A DNA stretch of 64,000 bases from an uncultured Chloroflexia bacterium (GCA_963765765.1 CAVXYC010000028.1:64001-128000), one strand, 5' to 3'; counted from the stretch's first letter, positions 41,284-50,271 are shown. Notes: a model not told the origin generated them from the letters alone. Made by a program: numbers and translations.

Positions 41284-41847
41284 ATGATTCAATGCCCGGG
41301 TTGCGGTGGACGAAATCCTGAGAATGCGGTCGTCTGCGACTGGTGCGCAAGGCCGCTCCGGGGAGCCAGCTCCCCGGAGCGTTCATCCCGACGAATCGGA
41401 CTCCCAATCGTTATCGGAGTTGTGCTGATCGCGAGCGCACTCGTGGCAGTCATCGCTCTGTCCTCTCTCTCACGAAGCGGAATCATCGCGACTCCCGTCG
41501 TAGTGGTCTCCAGTCCAATTCCCGCCGCGAGTCCACGCGCCATTGCCCCAACATCGATTCCAACAATCACACCCTTGCCACCCAGTACGCCTGTAGTCCG
41601 CAGCGCCAGAATCGTGAATACCAACGGTGAAGGCGCGTTGATAAGACGTGAGCCGTCGGTCAATGCCCCCAGCGCGGGGCTGGTGCGCGAGGACGGTGTA
41701 GTAATGCTTCTGGGCCCTGAGGAGACAGTCCAGGCACAAGTTTGGCGTCAGGTGGAAGACGCGCAAGGAAATCAGGGGTGGATCCGAGCTGACTACCTGG
41801 TTCAGGTCGAAGCCGCCAGTCCAATGCCGCTTGCTCCACCACCCTGA
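41284..41847 (+). CDS. Zinc-ribbon + TM + Pro-rich linker + SH3-like domain protein
   Basis: CPGC...CDWC; IVIGVVLIASALVAVIAL; GALIRREPS...WRQV...GWI. Confidence 0.8.
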   Translation: MIQCPGCGGRNPENAVVCDWCARPLRGASSPERSSRRIGLPIVIGVVLIASALVAVIALSSLSRSGIIATPVVVVSSPIPAASPRAIAPTSIPTITPLPPSTPVVRSARIVNTNGEGALIRREPSVNAPSAGLVREDGVVMLLGPEETVQAQVWRQVEDAQGNQGWIRADYLVQVEAASPMPLAPPP

Positions 41848-41943
41848 TATTGTGATCCGAAGGATTACCTAGGTAACAAGCTTTACGATGCTATAATCAG
41901 CGCAATCACACTGCCGAGTGACACCCTCCGCGACTCACCTGCC

Positions 41944-42342
41944 ATGACCGACCGCATCAACCGCGAGATCGACGACCTGTTGCGACATATGGAAGATCGG
42001 GAGCGCCGTTCTGTCAAGCGGCGGTTCCAACGATGGTCGCACGCATTCTCCGAATCATGGCGCAGTATGTTCGGCGGCTTTCTCCGTCGATCACCCGTGG
42101 AGCAGTTCATGATTGCCAGCGTTCTGCTCCTGATGATCTCATTGGTGATGCAGTATTTCTCCAAGACGCTCGCCGGCTACGCCAGTATCCTTAGCATTCT
42201 GCTGTTTGTGCTGGCCCTGGTCCTCTCAGTCACTTCGCCAGGACGCGGTGGCTACCAGAAGCGGTGGCGTGGCAAAGTCATCGACTACAACCAACCCACC
42301 ATCTGGACACATATCCGTCAGTGGTTCAACCGCCGCCGCTGA
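41944..42342 (+). CDS. Hypothetical two-TM membrane protein
   Basis: TGCTATAAT at 41889-41897; two hydrophobic helices; KRWRGKVIDY tail. Confidence 0.75.
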   Translation: MTDRINREIDDLLRHMEDRERRSVKRRFQRWSHAFSESWRSMFGGFLRRSPVEQFMIASVLLLMISLVMQYFSKTLAGYASILSILLFVLALVLSVTSPGRGGYQKRWRGKVIDYNQPTIWTHIRQWFNRRR

Positions 42343-42493
42343 CCTTCCCTTATATCCTCCAGCATAGGAACGCCCCAACCACAACGCTGAGGCGTGGACA
42401 CCTCAATGCATGTAGTGAGCTCTTCAAGGGCTACTGGGCCGGTCGATCGCGACCTGATCAGCTCCCGCCGCTCCCGGCTAGGATCCCGCGGAG

Positions 42494-42838
42494 CTAGCTC
42501 CGAGTCCCTCGCCATCGATGGGGGTCAAACCCGTGCGCGCGGAACCAGTAATAGATCCCATCCCAATAAGGCTCAGGATCGATAGCCAGGACATCGCCGC
42601 CATCACGGGCTCGCGACATGACCAGCTTTCCCCATTGCTCAGGATTCTGACGGGCAGCCCCCACGTCGATGCTCGCTGCGGAGCTGTCGGGACCTTCCAG
42701 ATCGTTCAGAAAATCGGTGAGTAGCGGCGTATCGGCGCGCCACGCTTTCAACACCGCCTCCGAACCCCCGGATTGTCCGACCAGGATAAGGGCGTCATCG
42801 CCCTTGTCTCTGGTGCGCCATTCAATGCGTTCGGTCAT
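42494..42838 (-). CDS. Hypothetical protein, tandem paralog B
   Basis: Clearly homologous to 42888..43244; GGAG/AGG upstream. Confidence 0.8.
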   Translation of the reverse strand: MTERIEWRTRDKGDDALILVGQSGGSEAVLKAWRADTPLLTDFLNDLEGPDSSAASIDVGAARQNPEQWGKLVMSRARDGGDVLAIDPEPYWDGIYYWFRAHGFDPHRWRGTRS

Positions 42839-42887
42839 GGATGCCTATCAGTGGCCAGTTCTCGGTGCTCTCGAGAGTATGGAGATA

Positions 42888-43244
42888 TTAGGAACTCGAG
42901 CGACCACGCCATGGGTGCGGATCCACACCGCGCGCCCGGAACCAGTAATAAATACCATCCCAGTAGGGCTCGGGATCGATATCGAGCACATCGCCGCCAT
43001 CGACCGATCGGGAAATCACGAGCTTGCCCCACTGTTGCGGATTGCGATGACTCACGTCGGTCTCTAGACGCCCCTCGGCGGTCTCGAGGTCGTCCATGTC
43101 GTTGAGGAAATCGGCAATGACGCCCTGATCGGCACCCCACGATTTCATCACCGTGTCGCCGGCTTCGCCGTACTCTCGAACGAACAACAGGGCATCATCG
43201 CCCTGGCCTTTGGTTCGCCACTCTATTCGTGCAGTCATGGTCAC
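42888..43244 (-). CDS. Hypothetical protein, tandem paralog A
   Basis: Shares RIEWRT, QWGKLV.SR, IDPEPYWDGIYYWFRA with the downstream gene. Confidence 0.8.
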   Translation of the reverse strand: MTMTARIEWRTKGQGDDALLFVREYGEAGDTVMKSWGADQGVIADFLNDMDDLETAEGRLETDVSHRNPQQWGKLVISRSVDGGDVLDIDPEPYWDGIYYWFRARGVDPHPWRGRSSS

Positions 43245-43308
43245 CCTGCCGATAATTTAGCCCGCTAAAGCGAAGGGCAGTCCCTTAGAGATTCCTTGAA
43301 GAAGCGAT

Positions 43309-43854
43309 TTAGAAGAACGTATTGACGACTTTGGGAATCATCACGTTCATGGCGATGATGATCTTGCGTCGATACAGCTTGAACTTCGTTTCCGGATCGC
43401 GTCGCATGATGTCTTCGCGTCGTCCGACGAAGTGGTTCACCTCGTCGTGCAGCCGATTCTGGTAGCAGAAGAACTTGCTGTTGACGTGAATCTCGTCGCC
43501 TTCGACCCGCTCTACCTCAACGTTGCTGATGAAGTGCTCGAATCGCGAGACCGGCTCTTCTGGCCAGTGGATGCCCGTGTTGAGCTGGCGGATTCGGCCG
43601 GCCAGGATGTCCTTGCCTTCGTCGAACCAGTTGATCTCGGTTTCGGCGCTGGTGAACTCCATGTCCCAGTCGCCAAACTTGATGTTTCGGCGCATCGGCA
43701 TCCAGTAGTGGAGATCATCGTGCAAGAGATCCAACCACTCATTGAGCCGGCGCTCATCGAGTAGGCGCGCCTCGAGGTAGAGGAATTGCTCCACATCTTG
43801 CTGCAGAACCAGTCTCTCCAGCCGGGCCGCGTCCACTCCTACGCTCTCAATCAT
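43309..43854 (-). CDS. Aromatic ring-hydroxylating dioxygenase beta subunit
   Basis: EQFLYLEARLLD...WLDL...YWMP, W.EEP.SR, G.RED. Confidence 0.92.
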   Translation of the reverse strand: MIESVGVDAARLERLVLQQDVEQFLYLEARLLDERRLNEWLDLLHDDLHYWMPMRRNIKFGDWDMEFTSAETEINWFDEGKDILAGRIRQLNTGIHWPEEPVSRFEHFISNVEVERVEGDEIHVNSKFFCYQNRLHDEVNHFVGRREDIMRRDPETKFKLYRRKIIIAMNVMIPKVVNTFF

Positions 43855-43886
43855 TGTGCTGCTCCTATGAGAATCGCGGAGACGCT

Positions 43887-43936
43887 GAGGCGGGTCAGCC
43901 CGAACGAGCTTTCGCGCGCTCGAGCTGACCCGCCTC
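43887..43936. other. Intercistronic stem-loop with perfect 13-bp arms
   Basis: GAGGCGGGTCAGC (43887-43899) / GCTGACCCGCCTC (43924-43936). Confidence 0.8.
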
Positions 43937-43941
43937 GCTAA

Positions 43942-44175
43942 CTATCCCTCTGCTGATCGAACCTCGTTGAAGAAGACGTACTCTTCTTCGCCCACCTTCG
44001 ATGGATCCTGTGTGTGCTCTAACCAGGTGACGAGAACGAATCCACCGTCGCCCGGATTGGCAATGACTTCGCCCACAGATCCATTGATCAGCGTAATCTT
44101 CACGCCCTCGGGCAAAGTACGGAACTCTTCAGCTCCATGCTGGCCCGAGATATCGTACTTCTTGGCTTCGGTCAT
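43942..44175 (-). CDS. Small hypothetical protein between dioxygenase alpha and beta
   Basis: AAGG RBS 10 bp after the alpha stop; acidic and beta-rich, ANPGDGG motif; no Cys. Confidence 0.75.
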   Translation of the reverse strand: MTEAKKYDISGQHGAEEFRTLPEGVKITLINGSVGEVIANPGDGGFVLVTWLEHTQDPSKVGEEEYVFFNEVRSAEG

Positions 44176-44185
44176 CTGAGCCTTA

Positions 44186-45574
44186 CTACCAGATCCGATG
44201 ATTGGCGGTCTTGTTCACCGGATACAGGTCGTCCCAGCTCTCAGCTTCCATGAAGGCCAACCAGCGGCTGAACCGCGCCCGGTGCGCCTCTTCCGTGTAG
44301 GAGCCGTTGATCACCACGCCCGGGAACCGGTCGTCGTACCGGCCATGTCCTATGCCGTTGCGGAAGAAGTAGTCGTTCTTCCGCGCCGTGGCGCCCTGAC
44401 TGGCCGGATAGACGTAGTTCCAGTTCTCCATGTCGTCCGACTCGAAGAACCCGACTGGCCCATTGAAGCGCTCGGAGTAGTGGCGCAATGCCTGCTTCAC
44501 ATGCTCCGGGGCGTTCTTGTCGACGCCAGAGAGTGTCCAGCGCTCCGTCATGCCCACCTGGTGCGGGTGGTAGTAGCGGATACGCCAGCTATCAACCATT
44601 ACAGCCGGCCAGATCGCAAAGTGCCCGCCACCCCAGCCGTGCGGAGGCATGATCTTGCCCTTGAGCTTCTCGGCCTTCTTTGCCGTCTGCTCACGGAAGT
44701 AGTCGTCCACACCCGGCTCAAACCACTCATTGGTGTAGGGGGGAACGCCCGTCTCGTTGTACAGGGTCAGCATTCCGCCGTGTCCCAGATTGTGGTCGCC
44801 GCAGGCGTACTTCTCTTGCGGGAATTTGACCGACGCCACTTCCTTGCCCTCACCGCGGTCCTCATGGAGGCCCGCTGCCGCGGCAGAGCGGTGGGTCATG
44901 GCGGTGTGAGTGAGATCGGTCACCGAGGTGAAGCCGGGAACCTTCCAGTTGGTCGGGAGGCGATGCCGCTGGAACGGGGTGAACATTTCCAGCCCGGCAT
45001 CCTCGCCATCACTCGACTGCAGGCAGTGTCGTAGGCTCTCCGCGAATGGGCCCATATAATCCTGGAATGACGGGGCTTTGCGATCCCAGGTGGCCCAGAT
45101 GAGGCCATAGAAATTACTGAGCTGGGCGACTTCGACCAGGCCCCACTCGGTCTTGTTCAGCGTGTCCGTGTAGGCCTCAGGGGAATTCTGAAAGCCGGCG
45201 CCCACGAGCTTGCCCTTGGTGTCATAGGTCCAGGCATGGAAGGGGCAGGTGAACACCAAGCTGTTGCCCTGGTCGTATCGGCAGACTTTCTCGCCGCGAT
45301 GGCGACAGGAGTTGAGGAACGCCCGGATCTGCTTGTCCTTGCGATCCCGCACCATGATCACCTCTTCGGTGCCCATGCGCGTGACAACGAAATCGCCGGG
45401 ATTCGGAATCTGACTCTCGTGTCCCAGCAGAAGCCAGCAGCGCTGGAAGATCTGCTCCATCTCCTGATCGAAGATATCCGGGTTTACGTACGTCTCCCGA
45501 CTGATAGTGCCACGATCAGGATCGATGTACGATCGGATGGACCGGTCCCCCGGGGCTCGAATGAAGGCTACCAT
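44186..45574 (-). CDS. Rieske aromatic ring-hydroxylating dioxygenase alpha subunit
   Basis: CRHRG...CPFHAW Rieske ligands; DLTHTAMTH and DDMENW mononuclear Fe ligands; GAGGAGG RBS. Confidence 0.93.
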   Translation of the reverse strand: MVAFIRAPGDRSIRSYIDPDRGTISRETYVNPDIFDQEMEQIFQRCWLLLGHESQIPNPGDFVVTRMGTEEVIMVRDRKDKQIRAFLNSCRHRGEKVCRYDQGNSLVFTCPFHAWTYDTKGKLVGAGFQNSPEAYTDTLNKTEWGLVEVAQLSNFYGLIWATWDRKAPSFQDYMGPFAESLRHCLQSSDGEDAGLEMFTPFQRHRLPTNWKVPGFTSVTDLTHTAMTHRSAAAAGLHEDRGEGKEVASVKFPQEKYACGDHNLGHGGMLTLYNETGVPPYTNEWFEPGVDDYFREQTAKKAEKLKGKIMPPHGWGGGHFAIWPAVMVDSWRIRYYHPHQVGMTERWTLSGVDKNAPEHVKQALRHYSERFNGPVGFFESDDMENWNYVYPASQGATARKNDYFFRNGIGHGRYDDRFPGVVINGSYTEEAHRARFSRWLAFMEAESWDDLYPVNKTANHRIW

Positions 45575-45709
45575 AACGACCTCCTCTGTCTGGGCGAATT
45601 CTAATCCTGACTGATCCTGTTGTCCATGCCTTAAAGTTCACAATCGCCGGGACGTATGTGGAGCCGATCTGGCATCCCATGACTCCTTGGCGTGAGCCAA
45701 CGAAAAACA

Positions 45710-45750
45710 GGTGGAGCCGGAAGGGACTCGAACCCCCTGCTTGTAAGGCA
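45710..45750 (-). other. Degenerate duplicate of the tRNA-Ala 3' half (att-like remnant)
   Basis: GGTGGAGCCGGAAGGGACTCGAACCCCCTGCTTGTAAGGCA vs tRNA GGTGGAGCCGAGGGGACTCGAACCCCTGACCCCCTGCTTGCAAAGCA (+ strand). Confidence 0.75.
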
Positions 45751-45980
45751 CAACGCGCTAAGCGCTGTACTGCAAGTATAGGTCCACGTTCAAAAGCGGT
45801 GCAGTTAAGGAGTCTGGGGCGGGCTCTTAAGGGGCTTCAGGCTCGATCACCTCAAGTGTTCGACGAATGCCCAAGCGACTAGGCCAACCGAGTCTGCTTG
45901 TAGCAACGCTGTAGCAGCTGCGAGATGACTGTGTAGCCAAAGAAAAGAGCCCCACCTATATTGAGTGGAGCCCAATGTCT

Positions 45981-46056
45981 TGGTGGAGCCGAGGGGACTC
46001 GAACCCCTGACCCCCTGCTTGCAAAGCAGGTGCTCTCCCAGCTGAGCTACGGCCCC
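45981..46056 (-). tRNA. tRNA-Ala(TGC)
   Basis: GGGGCCGTAGCTCAGCTGGGAGAGCACCTGCTTTGCAAGCAGGGGGTCAGGGGTTCGAGTCCCCTCGGCTCCACCA; cloverleaf, G3:U70 pair, encoded CCA. Confidence 0.98.
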
Positions 46057-46297
46057 ATCTGATGCTGCGATTCGTCTTGAACGCTCTCTGAGTATATATA
46101 AATGTGCTCGGCTTCTCGTGGCGCACCCGTAGGTCCGTCTGCGTCACGCCCGGCTATAAACAACCACGCAATCGACGATTTGGGCTGCCACCGTACTTGG
46201 TGCTCTGTCCGGAGAGCCGTAGCTAGCTCAGGCTCAGTCGATCGGCTTCCAGCCGGCGAGAAAGCGGCGAAGGCCGCCGCAGTCCAGAGAGTTCTGG

Positions 46298-47263
46298 TTA
46301 CCTCGGGCGCTCCACGGTATAGCTGGCGATCTCAAACAGCGTATCTCGAGCCTCACCTGACGGAAGAATGTCGAGCGACTGCTGCGCTTCCTCTATAAGG
46401 CGATGGGCCTCGGAGTACGCATCGTCAATCGCCCCGCTGGTGCGCACGAGCTCGATGAACTCTTCCATGTCGTCTGGATCGCGGTCGAACCACGCCTCGT
46501 ATTCCGCGGAGGCGATTCGCTCTCGAACGCAAAGTACGGGCAACGTGACGATGCCCTGCCGAAGATCCGATCCAACCTTCTTACCCAGTACGCGCTCGTC
46601 GCCAATGAAATCGAGAATGTCGTCCACCACCTGGAACGCAAGCCCGAGACGATCTCCGTAGCTCCGCATCGCCTGGATCTGGTCGTCGTTCAAGCCGGCC
46701 AGAATTGCTGATCCCTGACACGCTAATACAAATAAGGAGGCGGTCTTGCCCCAGATGGTCTGGTAGTAGCCATCTCGCGTCAGAACTCGATGCGCTTTGC
46801 CCAGCCGCGAAGCTTCTTCAATCTGGCCCTGGCACATGCTTGCCAACGTCTCGGCGAAGAGGCCAATGACCCGCATGTCACCCGTCGCAACGCAGCGCGA
46901 CGCTGATTGCGCGAAGAGATAGTCACCCACGAGCACGGCTAGTGCATTTCCGACCCGAGTAAAGAGGGTCTCGTCTCCACGACGAAGCGCCGATTCATCC
47001 ACCACGTCATCGTGCACCAGGCTGGCGGCGTGCAGGAGCTCAACGCCCACGGCCATGTTGGTCATTGCCTGCGGAGCCGCGTCACCCAGTCGAGCAGTGA
47101 GGAGCGCAAGGGCGGGACGCATCCGTTTACCACTCCCCGGAAGAACCATACTGAGCATGGGACCCATGAGCGGATGCTCGGATTGAGCGGTCTCAATAAG
47201 CGTCTCTTCCACGGCAGCGAGCTCTTGCTCAATCAGCGTAAGAGATGGGGCGGTGCTCGTCAT
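46298..47263 (-). CDS. Polyprenyl diphosphate synthase
   Basis: GKRMRP, HDDVVD...RRG, FQVVDDILD. Confidence 0.94.
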   Translation of the reverse strand: MTSTAPSLTLIEQELAAVEETLIETAQSEHPLMGPMLSMVLPGSGKRMRPALALLTARLGDAAPQAMTNMAVGVELLHAASLVHDDVVDESALRRGDETLFTRVGNALAVLVGDYLFAQSASRCVATGDMRVIGLFAETLASMCQGQIEEASRLGKAHRVLTRDGYYQTIWGKTASLFVLACQGSAILAGLNDDQIQAMRSYGDRLGLAFQVVDDILDFIGDERVLGKKVGSDLRQGIVTLPVLCVRERIASAEYEAWFDRDPDDMEEFIELVRTSGAIDDAYSEAHRLIEEAQQSLDILPSGEARDTLFEIASYTVERPR

Positions 47264-48087
47264 TCAGCCACCTCACCACGAGAGAGCCATTCGCCTATTG
47301 CAGGAAACAACCGCGATGCGTTTAGAGTCGATTCTTGCGAAACCCGCTCCATTGACACCCCGCGCAGCTCGGCCAGCTTCTCCGCCACCAATCGAACGCG
47401 TGCAGGCTCATTTCGCGAACCGCGAAATGGATGCGGTGAGAGGTACGGGCAGTCCGTTTCGGTCACATACGCACTTGACGGCACCGCCGCCGCGACGTCA
47501 GGAAGTGCCCTGGCGTTCTTAAAGGTCACCGGGCCTGCGAATGAGACCATCAGATTTGCATCTACGCCACGCTGCATGAGTGCGACATCCCCGGAGAAAC
47601 AATGCAGGACCCCGACCGGTCTGCCAGGCCCCCGATTGCTGGACCAGTCACTCAATATGCTCAATGTGTCGTCGTCCGCGTCGCGATTGTGCACAATGAT
47701 CGGCAAAGACAGCTTCTGGGCTAGTGAGAGGTGCGCCTTGAACCAATCGCGCTGCTCACCGGCGTCAGAGAAATCCCTGAAGTAGTCCAACCCGCTTTCA
47801 CCAATAGCGACGACCTTTGGGTCAGCCGCAAGCTCTTCCACTGCTCTCAGATCGGTGTCCTTCGCCGCGCGCACGTAGTTTGGATGGATGCCAACGGAGG
47901 CGAAGCACATCGCCTCGCTTCGGGCCAGCTCAACAGCGGCCCGGCTGGTATCAAGGTCATATCCCACGCACACGATTGCCGCGACCCCTGCCTCACGTGC
48001 GCGCTCCAGAAGCCCCCGGAGATCTGATTCGAGCTCCGGATCCATCGGGTGCGCGTGTGTATCCACCAGCCGATAGGCGGCAGTCAT
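47260..48087 (-). CDS. tatD: TatD-family DNase
   Basis: DTHAH, GESGLDY, VHNR, LHCF, ETDCPY. Confidence 0.94.
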   Translation of the reverse strand: MTAAYRLVDTHAHPMDPELESDLRGLLERAREAGVAAIVCVGYDLDTSRAAVELARSEAMCFASVGIHPNYVRAAKDTDLRAVEELAADPKVVAIGESGLDYFRDFSDAGEQRDWFKAHLSLAQKLSLPIIVHNRDADDDTLSILSDWSSNRGPGRPVGVLHCFSGDVALMQRGVDANLMVSFAGPVTFKNARALPDVAAAVPSSAYVTETDCPYLSPHPFRGSRNEPARVRLVAEKLAELRGVSMERVSQESTLNASRLFPAIGEWLSRGEVAE

Positions 48088-48770
48088 TCTAGCATAGCCC
48101 CCTGCCCAGCCCCGGCCATCACCAGCGTGAACTCACCGCGAGGCTCGTGTCGCTCAAAATGCTCCTGCACCGAAGTCGTCGTTCCCCGAACGAGCTCTTC
48201 AAATTTCTTTGTCAGCTCGCGCCCAACGACCATTGGGCGGTCTCCAAACACTGCCGCGATGTCGGCGAGCGACGATCGCAGGCGGTGTGGCGATTCGAAT
48301 GCGATCAGCGCATGCTCGAGCGCGGCGTGCTCAGTGAGTAGAGAACGGCGCTGACCCGACTTGCGCGGCAGAAATCCGAGAAAAGTGAAAGCGTGCATTG
48401 GAAGTCCTGAGGCGACCAGCGCCGCGAGGACGGCCGATGGACCCGGTATTGGCACCACAGGATGGCCTGCTTCGATGGCCGCGCGAATCAGCGGATATCC
48501 CGGATCCGAGATACCGGGCATGCCGGCGTCTGAGATGATCGCTACGTCGCCCGCGCCAAGACGCTCCACGAGCCGCTCGACCTTGCCCTGTCCTGTAAAG
48601 GCGTGGAAGCTCGTGGTTGGCGTTGTCACGTCGTAATGCTTCAGCAACACACGGGAAGTGCGCGTGTCCTCGGCGGCAATGAGATCGACCTCGCGCAGAA
48701 CCCGTACGGCCCGGAAGGTCATATCCTCCAGATTCCCGATTGGCGTGCCAACGACATAAAGGGTTCCCAT
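48084..48770 (-). CDS. rsmI: 16S rRNA C1402 2'-O-methyltransferase
   Basis: GTPIGNLED, AEDTR, SDAGMPGISDPG, RELTKKFE. Confidence 0.95.
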   Translation of the reverse strand: MGTLYVVGTPIGNLEDMTFRAVRVLREVDLIAAEDTRTSRVLLKHYDVTTPTTSFHAFTGQGKVERLVERLGAGDVAIISDAGMPGISDPGYPLIRAAIEAGHPVVPIPGPSAVLAALVASGLPMHAFTFLGFLPRKSGQRRSLLTEHAALEHALIAFESPHRLRSSLADIAAVFGDRPMVVGRELTKKFEELVRGTTTSVQEHFERHEPRGEFTLVMAGAGQGAMLE

Positions 48771-48851
48771 ATTGAGTCCCAGAAATTATAGGATCGGGAG
48801 CTTTCCATTGGGATCGCGTCTGGAGCTGTCAGTCGAAGCGCCGGCTTCTAC

Positions 48852-48899
48852 ATACAACATATTGCCCTGAGTCACTTGCATACATACAATATGTTGTAG
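48852..48899. promoter_or_regulatory. Pair of NrdR-box-like sites 32 bp apart
   Basis: Cores CAACATATTG (48855-48864) and CAATATGTTG (48887-48896), both preceded by TACATA; resemble CwAtATaTwG. Confidence 0.6.
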
Positions 48900-48941
48900 C
48901 GAGCGTTGGTTCGCGCTTCGCCAGGAAGGACTAAGAAATCG

Positions 48942-48970
48942 TTGACGGTCCGACGCTCTATTGGTATGCT
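48942..48970 (+). promoter_or_regulatory. Sigma-70 promoter for the guaB operon
   Basis: TTGACG - 17 bp - TATGCT with TG extension. Confidence 0.75.
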
Positions 48971-48992
48971 GATACCAAGCGATCCACGGTTG

Positions 48993-49054
48993 GCCCAGTT
49001 GCGAGGCTGCGAGCGCGTTGAAGCGCCGCTAGCCGGGCGAAACTGGGCTTTTTT
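48993..49054 (+). terminator. Structured leader ending in a U-tract (candidate attenuator or sRNA)
   Basis: GCCCAGTT...AACTGGGC closing stem with nested GGCT/AGCC, GCG/CGC and GCGC/GCGC helices, then TTTTTT. Confidence 0.6.
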
Positions 49055-49080
49055 GTAACCTTCGCCAGGAGAGGGAGACA

Positions 49081-50271
49081 ATGCCAGGCGGACTCATCGA
49101 CACCATTGAGGCCCATCTAACACGACCGAGTACCCGTACGCGGTCAGACCGATTACGCCATGCATACGGATTCGATGACGTCGCAATTGTGCCCGGCAAT
49201 GTCACCGTGGATCCCAATGAAACAGATGTGACTTGGAGCATCGGTGCGGTCCGTCTCGGACTTCCCGTCATCGCCTCCGCCATGGATGGAGTCGTGGATG
49301 TCTCCTTTGCCATCTCCCTTGGCAAACTTGGCGGATTAGCTGTCCTGAACCTCGAGGGCGTCCAGACACGATATCAGCACCCCGAGGATGCGCTTCAACA
49401 GATCGTCGAGTCTAATCCGGACGACGTCACCGCCCTCATGCAAAGGCTCTACCAGGAGCCCGTAAAAGACGAGCTTATCGCTGAGCGGATTCACGCCATC
49501 AAAGCCGCCGGAGTTCCGGCGGCTGTTTCATCTACACCGATGACGGCCGAGCGCTTCGGCCGCATTGCCGTGGAAGCCGGCGTAGACATCTTCGTGGTGC
49601 AATCCACCGTCTCGACCGCGCGTTTCAAGACACATTCTGGTCCGGTGCTCGACTTCGCGCGCTTCTGCGCGTCGATGCCCGTGCCGGTCGTCGTTGGCAA
49701 CTGTGTTTCCTACACGGCGGCAACGGAGCTCATGGAGACAGGCATCAGCGCCCTTCTCGTGGGAGTTGGCCCTGGCGCTGCGTGCACGAGCCGCGAGGTC
49801 CTTGGCATCGGTGTGCCTCAGGTAACCGCGACTATGGACTGCGCGGAAGCGCGCGATGATTACTTTGAGCGCAGCGGCCGATACGTGCCGATCATCACCG
49901 ATGGTGGTATGCGCACCGGCGGCGATCTCTGTAAGGCCATCGCAAGCGGAGCGGACGCCGTCATGCTTGGCTCCCCATTTGCACAGTGTGCGGAAGCGCC
50001 TGGGAAGGGGCACCACTGGGGCATGGCCACGCCTCACGGAGCATTGCCACGAGGCACGCGCATCAAGGTAGGCATTCACGGCACACTGGAACAGACGCTG
50101 TTCGGTCCGACGTCTCGAACCGATGGTACGGAGAACTTGATCGGGGCCATCCGCACATGTATGGGCGTTGTGGGCGCGTCCGCGCTTCGCGACATGCATG
50201 ATGCCGAGCTGGTTATTGCACCGTCCATCAAGACCGAAGGAAAGATCTGGCAGCTTGCTGGAGCACGCTAG
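49081..50271 (+). CDS. guaB: GuaB3-family IMP dehydrogenase
   Basis: YGFDDVAIVPG, ASAMDGVV, VGVGPGAACTSR, WGMAT. Confidence 0.92.
   Translation: MPGGLIDTIEAHLTRPSTRTRSDRLRHAYGFDDVAIVPGNVTVDPNETDVTWSIGAVRLGLPVIASAMDGVVDVSFAISLGKLGGLAVLNLEGVQTRYQHPEDALQQIVESNPDDVTALMQRLYQEPVKDELIAERIHAIKAAGVPAAVSSTPMTAERFGRIAVEAGVDIFVVQSTVSTARFKTHSGPVLDFARFCASMPVPVVVGNCVSYTAATELMETGISALLVGVGPGAACTSREVLGIGVPQVTATMDCAEARDDYFERSGRYVPIITDGGMRTGGDLCKAIASGADAVMLGSPFAQCAEAPGKGHHWGMATPHGALPRGTRIKVGIHGTLEQTLFGPTSRTDGTENLIGAIRTCMGVVGASALRDMHDAELVIAPSIKTEGKIWQLAGAR

Noticed and set aside
43942-44175. Ferredoxin component of the dioxygenase
   Set aside because: No Cys residues, so no Fe-S ligands
45710-45790. Second functional tRNA
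   Set aside because: Variable-region deletion and no recognisable D-arm or 5' acceptor strand
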